Positions 57,578-64,000 of a stretch of 64,000 nucleotides of DNA are shown here, one piece after another. Below the pieces are notes generated by a model. It ran no database searches and had not been told where the DNA came from. It saw only the letters and a list, made by a program, of their open reading frames with translations. The position numbers were made by a program, and so were the translations under genes. Origin of the DNA: Terrimicrobiaceae bacterium (lineage in GTDB: Bacteria > Verrucomicrobiota > Verrucomicrobiia > Chthoniobacterales > Terrimicrobiaceae); contig JBIIPZ010000002.1 in NCBI GenBank assembly GCA_044342325.1, positions 1 through 64,000 on the forward strand, read 5' to 3'. How positions within the stretch are numbered: the stretch's first letter is position 1; each line of letters begins with the position of its first letter.

Positions 57578-58674
57578 TTTCCGATCCGAAGAAAAGCAGC
57601 CTGCCGGTCTGGGTTCTCCGCCTAGGGGTCGCCGCCGCCGCCGTCCTTGTCCTGCTCGCGGTCTGGCAAAACCTGCAAACCTTCCCTCGCACCGAGGATG
57701 CCGAGGTGCGGGCGAATGTCGTCGGCGTTGCCCCACAGGTGGGTGGATCGATCACCCGCATTCATGTCACAGACAACCAGGCTGTGAAACAGGGCGATCT
57801 GCTTTTCGAGTTGGATTCCCGCCCGTATGAGGCAGCCGCCGCTCAGGCCAAGGCCCATCTGGAGTTGATCGGCCTTGATGTGAAGGCTCTCCGCGACGAA
57901 ATCGCCGCAGCTGAGGCGACACTCCGCGAGCGCCGCGCCAAGGCGGACTACGCCGATTCCCACTACCAGAGGCTCCAACCACTGCTTGCGGGAAATTTCA
58001 CCTCACCCGACCGCGTTCAGCGGGCGCAGACGGATGCCGAAAGCGCTAGCGCGCTTGTGCGCGAAGCCGAGGCCGCCGTCGAGCGCGCACGGAACAAACT
58101 CGGGGAGTTCGATGGACGAAATACCCGCGTGGAGCAGGCCGCCGCCGCCCTGCGTGATTTCGAACTCAAGGTTTCCTACTGCAAAATCTACGCGCCGTGT
58201 GATGGGTATGTGACCAACCTTCAGATCGCACCGGGAACCTATGCCTCGGCCGGGGAGCAGATCTTTTCCCTCGTCGATTCCTCGGTCTGGTTCGTGCTCG
58301 CAAATTTCCGCGAGACTGATCTCCGCCGCATCCAACCCGGCCAGTCGGCAAGGGTCTATCTCATGGCGCAGCGTGGCAAGGTGGTCTCTGGAATTGTTCA
58401 AGGTATCCCCAAAGCGGTCTATCCACTCGGCACCGCATCGAAAGCCACGCCCGGCGGCGAGGGCGTCTTCTCACAGGTCCAGCCAACATTTGATTTTGTG
58501 CAACTGGCGCAGCGTTTTCCGGTCAGAATCCTTCTCGAAGGCGAGGGCGATTTCCGCATGGGTGGCCGTGCGGCGGTCATCGTGGATACACGCAGCATTT
58601 CGGATGCCGGACGCCTCGAGAAGCTTCAATCGGTCGAGCATCGCGGCTTCACACCCCCTGCGCCAAATGACTGA
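57574..58674 (+). CDS. HlyD/MdtN-like membrane fusion protein
   Basis: PRTEDAEVRANVVGVAPQVGG, V..GDLLFELD, APCDGYVTNL, ANFRETDL, LAQRFPVRI. Confidence 0.92.
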   Translation: MISDPKKSSLPVWVLRLGVAAAAVLVLLAVWQNLQTFPRTEDAEVRANVVGVAPQVGGSITRIHVTDNQAVKQGDLLFELDSRPYEAAAAQAKAHLELIGLDVKALRDEIAAAEATLRERRAKADYADSHYQRLQPLLAGNFTSPDRVQRAQTDAESASALVREAEAAVERARNKLGEFDGRNTRVEQAAAALRDFELKVSYCKIYAPCDGYVTNLQIAPGTYASAGEQIFSLVDSSVWFVLANFRETDLRRIQPGQSARVYLMAQRGKVVSGIVQGIPKAVYPLGTASKATPGGEGVFSQVQPTFDFVQLAQRFPVRILLEGEGDFRMGGRAAVIVDTRSISDAGRLEKLQSVEHRGFTPPAPND

Positions 58675-59641
58675 GGCCGCTCGCGGCGCATTGCGTCAGG
58701 CTCTCGCCGTGGCCCTCGCTGCGCTGGTTGTGGGCATTTTTCATATCCCGCAGCCGTTCCTTGCCGTCCTCCTCGCGCAATTGCTCGGCGGCATTCCTTG
58801 TCAGAGCGCCTTGGAACTTTTCCGCCGTATCCTCTCTGCATTCGCCGGCTGTCTGGCAGGGGTCGCCATCCTCACACTGGCTCCGAATGAACAATGGATT
58901 TCCCTGCCCCTGTTTTTCACCCTCACCGGCTGGGGGACAGTTTTTGCGCTTCGACGCTTTGGCCCATCCTGTGGCATTCTTTTTGGCATCGGAATCGTTG
59001 CGATGTTTGCCGAGTCCTTTGTTTTCCCGGCGCGTGATATCGTTTTCGGCTTCGCGCACCTCTTTTCACTCATCACAGCCACGCTGGCAGCAGCACTGGT
59101 GGGCTTGGCCTTTTTTCGAGAGCCCGTGGCCGCCAAAAGCCAGAGTCCCCCGCCGGGCTCTGCTGTGGTGATCGGTGCCGCCGCCGTGTGTGGTCTCATC
59201 GCGGCCTGCACGCTTTTGCCCCTTCAGTTGAATGTCACAACGGTGTCATCCCTCACGACCGCCCTGGCTCTCACAATGACCGGCGGAGGCGTGGCTAAAA
59301 AATTCGGCGGCGGGTTGCTCGGCATCGTTGTGGCGTTAGTTTTCTTGATTCCAATCACCGGGTCGGGAAACGACCTAGCTGTTTTTCTGTTCGGTCTGTC
59401 AGCCCTCATCGGGTTCTTCGAGTGGTTCGCCCTGCGCCTTCCTGCCCACGCCGCCGTTTTCCGCCAGGCCGCCGCGATGTTTGCTGTGGCGGCAACGATT
59501 CTGCCTCAACCGGATCGCTTTATCACCGATTCAATGGAGCGGATGTGTGCCGGAACCCTCGGCCTTTGCATCGGATCGGCGTGTTTTTTGCTGCATAGCC
59601 TCGCCACCCGCTCCCCTGCGGAACGCATGCAAAAAGCGTAA
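58667..59641 (+). CDS. FUSC/MdtO-like inner membrane protein (short)
   Basis: Multiple TM helices in two similar halves; coupled to the MFP gene. Confidence 0.65.
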   Translation: MTEAARGALRQALAVALAALVVGIFHIPQPFLAVLLAQLLGGIPCQSALELFRRILSAFAGCLAGVAILTLAPNEQWISLPLFFTLTGWGTVFALRRFGPSCGILFGIGIVAMFAESFVFPARDIVFGFAHLFSLITATLAAALVGLAFFREPVAAKSQSPPPGSAVVIGAAAVCGLIAACTLLPLQLNVTTVSSLTTALALTMTGGGVAKKFGGGLLGIVVALVFLIPITGSGNDLAVFLFGLSALIGFFEWFALRLPAHAAVFRQAAAMFAVAATILPQPDRFITDSMERMCAGTLGLCIGSACFLLHSLATRSPAERMQKA

Positions 59642-59690
59642 AAAAATTCCTTCGCGCAGGGCATCCGTTTGCTCATAGTTTGCGCGACTT

Positions 59691-60752
59691 ATGCGAACTG
59701 CACTCTTCGACCAACATCTTGCCATCGGCGGCCGCATGGTCGAATTCGCAGGCTGGGAAATGCCCGTTCAATACACCGGAATCCTTCAAGAGCACAAAGC
59801 CGTCCGCGAAGCCTGCGGCGTCTTCGACATCTCGCACATGGGCGAGTTTTTCGTGAGCGGCACCGGGGCCACAGCTTGGCTCGATGGATTGCTCACCAAC
59901 AATCTCGCCGCACTCCCTGTCGGCCATGCCCAATACACGATCCTCCTCAATGAACGCGGCGGGGTGATTGACGATCTCATCGCCTACCGCCTCGGGGAGG
60001 AAAATTATCTCCTCATCGTGAACGCCGCCAAAATCCCGGAGGATGCCGCTTGGCTGCGGAAGCATGCAGCGCCGGGCGTTCATTTCGAGGACCGCAGCGC
60101 CGAGTTCGCCGCTCTAGCGATTCAAGGACCTCACGCCGCATCGGTCTTTGAAAAGCTCTTCCACCGCCCGCTGCCCGCAGAACGCAATCGGGTCGAGGAA
60201 ATCCAATCCGGCCGGTCGTTCATTGCCACCACAGGCTACACCGGCGAGGCGGGATTCGAATGGGTCATGCCCGCCACAGAAGCCGCCACTGCCTGGCAAG
60301 CCGCTCTCGATGCGGGAGCGACCCCCTGTGGACTCGGGGCGCGTGACACCCTCCGCCTCGAAATGTGCTACCCGCTGAACGGCTCCGATCTCTCGCCGGA
60401 TCGCACCCCGCTCGAAGCCGGTCTGGGATATTTCGTCGATCTGAAGAAGCCCGCATTCATTGGCCGTGATGTTCTGCTCGCCCAAAAGGCTTCCATCCTT
60501 CCTCACAAGCTCTGTGCCCTACGCGTCATCGACAAGGCTCCTCCCGTGCGGCCTCACTACAAAGTCTATGTCAACGGCGAGCCGGTCACTGAGACAACCA
60601 GCGGGGCCCTTTCTCCTAGCCTCGGCTACGGTATTGCCATGGCCTATCTGCCGCCTGCCTACTGCGATATCGGGCAGATGGTCGACATCGAAGTCCGCGA
60701 TCGCCGCTTCCGCGCCCAAGTCGTCAAAAAACCATTCTACAAAAAACCATGA
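59691..60752 (+). CDS. gcvT: Glycine cleavage aminomethyltransferase T
   Basis: FAGWEMPVQY, FDISHMGE, TGYTGEAGFE, GLGARDTLRLE. Confidence 0.97.
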   Translation: MRTALFDQHLAIGGRMVEFAGWEMPVQYTGILQEHKAVREACGVFDISHMGEFFVSGTGATAWLDGLLTNNLAALPVGHAQYTILLNERGGVIDDLIAYRLGEENYLLIVNAAKIPEDAAWLRKHAAPGVHFEDRSAEFAALAIQGPHAASVFEKLFHRPLPAERNRVEEIQSGRSFIATTGYTGEAGFEWVMPATEAATAWQAALDAGATPCGLGARDTLRLEMCYPLNGSDLSPDRTPLEAGLGYFVDLKKPAFIGRDVLLAQKASILPHKLCALRVIDKAPPVRPHYKVYVNGEPVTETTSGALSPSLGYGIAMAYLPPAYCDIGQMVDIEVRDRRFRAQVVKKPFYKKP

Positions 60753-61129
60753 ATATTCCTGAAAACCTGCGCTACGCCACCTCCCATGAGTGGATTCTTG
60801 TCGAGGGCGATACCGGCACCGTCGGCATCACCGACCACGCTCAAGCCGAACTGACCGACATTGTTTTTGCCGAGCCTCCCGCAATTGGAAAATCCGTCAA
60901 AGCCGGAGATGTCGCCGCTGTTGTGGAATCCGTGAAAGCAGCCAGCGACATCTATGCTCCGGTGTCCGGCGAGGTCGTCGAACGCAACGAGGCCATCGAA
61001 GCCGACCCCTCGCTGCTCAATACCGATCCCTTCGGCACCGGCTGGATTTTTAAAATCCGCATCGCCGACGCCGCCGAAGTCGCCGCCCTCAAAGACGCCG
61101 CCGCCTACCGGGAGCAGATCGGAGCATGA
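60749..61129 (+). CDS. gcvH: Glycine cleavage H protein
   Basis: HEW, VGITDHAQ, VESVKAASDIYAPVSGEV (lipoyl Lys). Confidence 0.97.
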   Translation: MNIPENLRYATSHEWILVEGDTGTVGITDHAQAELTDIVFAEPPAIGKSVKAGDVAAVVESVKAASDIYAPVSGEVVERNEAIEADPSLLNTDPFGTGWIFKIRIADAAEVAALKDAAAYREQIGA

Positions 61130-61356
61130 CCATCGCGGAGTTCGAGGATTTTTGCGAAGCCACCAAGCACATGACGGCCGTCCAACGCGCCGAGGCTTAT
61201 GGCATCGATATTTCCTTGATCGACGAAAATCTCCGACTCACGCCTACCCAAAAAATCCGGCAAAACGATATCGCCCTCAATCAAGCGGAAGCCCTTAAAG
61301 CAGCGCTGAATCAAACCCGTGCCAAATCTGGAATCCATCGCCTGCCGACTCGTTGA
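61126..61356 (+). CDS. Small antitoxin-like protein
   Basis: AYGIDISLIDENLRLTPTQKI; ATGA overlap with gcvH; overlaps the NTase gene. Confidence 0.65.
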   Translation: MTIAEFEDFCEATKHMTAVQRAEAYGIDISLIDENLRLTPTQKIRQNDIALNQAEALKAALNQTRAKSGIHRLPTR

Positions 61357-61804
61357 GGCCAAGGTGGAGTTTGTGCTCTGCGGCGGATTGGCTGCCTTTC
61401 TTCAGGGGTCCTCGATTCTCACAACGGATGTCGATGTCGTTTGCGATATGGGCAGCGAAAACATCAGACGCCTTTTCGATGCGGTCAAAGATTTGCATCC
61501 GTATCACCGTATGACGCCCGGACGGATTCCTTTTTCTCTGGAGCAACTCACACCCCAGCCATTTCAGAACATTTACCTTGCCACTGACTGGGGGCAGCTC
61601 GACTGCCTTGGAAATGTCAAAGGTATCGGCGGATACAGCGAATGCCTCAAGTTGAGTGAACCAATCGAAATGGCAGGTTTCACCACGATGACGCTCACTC
61701 TGGAGGGCATACTCATTGCAAAACGCGCCATGGGAAGACCCCGCGATTTACAGGCCGTTTTCGAACTCGAAGCCGCCCGTGAAAGAAAAATCAACCAACA
61801 CTGA
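61319..61804 (+). CDS. Minimal nucleotidyltransferase (DUF6036/AbiEii-like)
   Basis: FVLCGGLAAFLQGS..TTDVDV, GQLDCL, LIAKRAMGRPRD. Confidence 0.8.
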   Translation: MPNLESIACRLVEAKVEFVLCGGLAAFLQGSSILTTDVDVVCDMGSENIRRLFDAVKDLHPYHRMTPGRIPFSLEQLTPQPFQNIYLATDWGQLDCLGNVKGIGGYSECLKLSEPIEMAGFTTMTLTLEGILIAKRAMGRPRDLQAVFELEAARERKINQH

Positions 61805-61828
61805 TCGCCAATCGTTACTATTTTTCAC

Positions 61829-64000
61829 ATGACCGCATTTGCCAACCGCCATATCGGCCCCTCATCCACTGAAATCGAAACCATGTGCGCCGCGATCGGC
61901 GCGCAGTCGCTGGACGCGTTGATCGACGAGACCGTGCCTTCGGCGATTCGCTTGCAGCGTGATTTGAATCTCCCCGCCGCCCGCTCGGAGGAGGAGGCTT
62001 TGGCTGAGCTGAAGGCGATCATGGCGGAAAATCAAATCGCCACGAACCACATCGGGATGGGCATTTACGGCACGCACACGCCAGCGGTCATTCGTCGAAA
62101 TATTCTTGAAAATCCCGGTTGGTATACCGCTTACACGCCCTATCAGGCCGAGATAGCCCAAGGTCGCCTGGAGGCGCTCCTGAATTTTCAGACGATGGTT
62201 TGCGACCTGACGGGAATGGAGATTTCTAACGCCTCCTTGCTCGACGAATCCACCGCCGCCGCCGAGGCCATGGCGCTGTGTCAGGACATCAAAGGCGGTG
62301 ACGCGATCTTCGTGGCGGACCATGTCCATCCGCAAACTCTCGCCGTTTTGCAAACCCGCGCCGAGCCGCTTGGCATCAGGATTCTGACTGGTTCCGCAGA
62401 GCAGGGCCCACAAGAGCCTGTTTTTGCCGCCCTCTTCCAATACCCCGCCACCGACGGATCGATCTGTGATCTGGAAAAACTCACAGCCCGCACCCACGCA
62501 TCGGGTGCACTGGCGATAGTTGCCACTGATCTGCTCGCGCTCACGCTCCTCAAGCCGCCCGGCGAATGCGGCGCGGATGTCGTGATCGGATCGAGCCAAC
62601 GCTTCGGTGTGGCTCCCGGATTTGGAGGTCCGCATGCGGCCTTCCTGGCCACGCGCGACGAACACAAGCGCCGCCTTCCCGGTCGTCTCGTGGGTGTTTC
62701 AAAAGACGCCGCCGGCAACCCTGCCTTGCGCCTCACGCTCCAGACCCGCGAACAGCACATCCGTCGCGACAAGGCGACGAGCAACATCTGCACCGCCCAA
62801 GTTTTACTCGCTGTGATGGCCTCGATGTATGCCGTTTATCATGGCCCCGAGGGTCTGCGCGCCATCGCCGGGCGCGTGCATCGCCATGCTGCAAACCTCG
62901 CCGAGTCGCTCAAAAAAGCCGGCCACACTGTGCATCACTCCGCGTTCTTCGACACGGTCAGCGTCACGCCTAAAAACGAATCCGCTTCCGCACTTGTCGC
63001 CCGAGCGGCAAGCGAGGGAATCAATCTCCGTCTGATCAATGAATCCACGGTCGCCATTTCGCTCGACGAAACCACAACCAGCATCGAGCCGCTCTTGAAG
63101 ATTTTCGGAGCCGCCTTTGCGGAATCCTCCGCCGAAACACCCCGCCGCACTTCGCCGTTCCTCACGCATCCGGTTTTCAACACTCACCACACGGAAAGCG
63201 AGATGCTCCGCTACATCCGGCGCTTGGAGGCGAAAGACCTCTCTCTAACCACATCGATGATCCCTCTCGGATCGTGCACGATGAAGCTCAATGCGACCTC
63301 CGAGATGCTGCCAGTGACTTGGGATTCCGTCTCCGCCCTACACCCCTGCGCGCCCGCCGATCAATCGCTTGGCTACCAAAAAATGGCCCGCCAGCTTGAG
63401 GAATGGCTCTCGGAGATCACAGGATTCGCCGCCGTTTCGCTCCAACCGAATGCCGGCTCGCAAGGTGAATACGCCGGCCTCCTCGCCATCAGAGCTTACC
63501 ACCTCTCGCGCGGCGATGCACGCCGCACAGTTTGTCTGATTCCGACCTCCGCGCACGGCACCAACCCCGCCAGTGCCGTCATGGTTGGAATGCAAGTCGT
63601 CCCCGTCGCCTGCGACGCCAGCGGCAATATCGATCTCACCGACCTCCGCGCCAAAGCAGATCTCCACCGCGATAACCTCGCTGCGGTCATGGTGACCTAT
63701 CCCTCGACCCATGGCGTATTCGAGGAGGGCATCCGCGACATTTGCGAAATCATCCACTCCGCTGGTGGCCAGGTTTACATGGACGGCGCCAACATGAATG
63801 CACAGGTCGGTTTGTGCCGTCCGGGTGATTTTGGAGCCGATGTCTGCCACCTGAATCTCCACAAAACCTTCTGTATTCCTCACGGCGGCGGTGGTCCCGG
63901 CGTAGGTCCCATCGGTGTCGCCAAGCACCTCGCCCCATTCCTCCCCGGTGATCCGCTGAAAAAAGGCAACGCCGTTGGCCCTGTCTCGCAGTCGAATCTC
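61829..64000 (+). CDS. gcvP: Glycine dehydrogenase (decarboxylating), partial
   Basis: ATG 61829 reads [11 protein letters not shown]. Contains [75 protein letters not shown]. Runs off the window end, so it is absent from the ORF track. Confidence 0.97.
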   Translation, partial: MTAFANRHIGPSSTEIETMCAAIGAQSLDALIDETVPSAIRLQRDLNLPAARSEEEALAELKAIMAENQIATNHIGMGIYGTHTPAVIRRNILENPGWYTAYTPYQAEIAQGRLEALLNFQTMVCDLTGMEISNASLLDESTAAAEAMALCQDIKGGDAIFVADHVHPQTLAVLQTRAEPLGIRILTGSAEQGPQEPVFAALFQYPATDGSICDLEKLTARTHASGALAIVATDLLALTLLKPPGECGADVVIGSSQRFGVAPGFGGPHAAFLATRDEHKRRLPGRLVGVSKDAAGNPALRLTLQTREQHIRRDKATSNICTAQVLLAVMASMYAVYHGPEGLRAIAGRVHRHAANLAESLKKAGHTVHHSAFFDTVSVTPKNESASALVARAASEGINLRLINESTVAISLDETTTSIEPLLKIFGAAFAESSAETPRRTSPFLTHPVFNTHHTESEMLRYIRRLEAKDLSLTTSMIPLGSCTMKLNATSEMLPVTWDSVSALHPCAPADQSLGYQKMARQLEEWLSEITGFAAVSLQPNAGSQGEYAGLLAIRAYHLSRGDARRTVCLIPTSAHGTNPASAVMVGMQVVPVACDASGNIDLTDLRAKADLHRDNLAAVMVTYPSTHGVFEEGIRDICEIIHSAGGQVYMDGANMNAQVGLCRPGDFGADVCHLNLHKTFCIPHGGGGPGVGPIGVAKHLAPFLPGDPLKKGNAVGPVSQSNL

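Noticed and set aside
1..64000. tRNA, rRNA, integrase, transposase or prophage genes
   Set aside because: None recognised by eye. tRNAscan-SE, Infernal and ISEScan would be needed to exclude them formally.

Overview
Bacterial chromosomal window, most likely Verrucomicrobiota (Spartobacteria/Chthoniobacterales-like). The assignment is inferred from an Amuc_1098-1102-type pilus/secretin cluster, a rhomboid-DUF6576 gene and the repeat families. Bases ~1-26,000 are accessory: four large secreted proteins ending in Pro-linker plus Lys-rich tails, GTAG-REP arrays and MITE-like repeats, two DUF4143 AAA ATPases, glycosyltransferases, decayed nucleotidyltransferase TA-like modules and a DUF4011-helicase-Vsr-DUF3320 (Hhe-like) defence gene. 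Bases ~26,000-64,000 are mostly core: trpG/trpE, lemA, mazG, a three-gene two-component cluster, typA, ilvN/ilvC, a UDP-glucuronate decarboxylase, the pilus cluster with two tandem secretins, dinG-like helicase, radC, lpxA, a TolC/YtcA/MdtNO-like efflux set and gcvT-gcvH-gcvP. Two small cassettes interrupt this part. The best candidates for undescribed biology are (1) a shared C-terminal Pro/Gly-linker + Lys-rich tail (KK[ST]G[AG]KK..KK-stop) on unrelated secreted proteins, a possible sorting or anchoring signal, and (2) a polyvalent-type kinase + DUF3800 cassette with a three-way-junction RNA overlapping the DUF3800 stop codon. All family calls come from motif recognition by eye; no searches were run.
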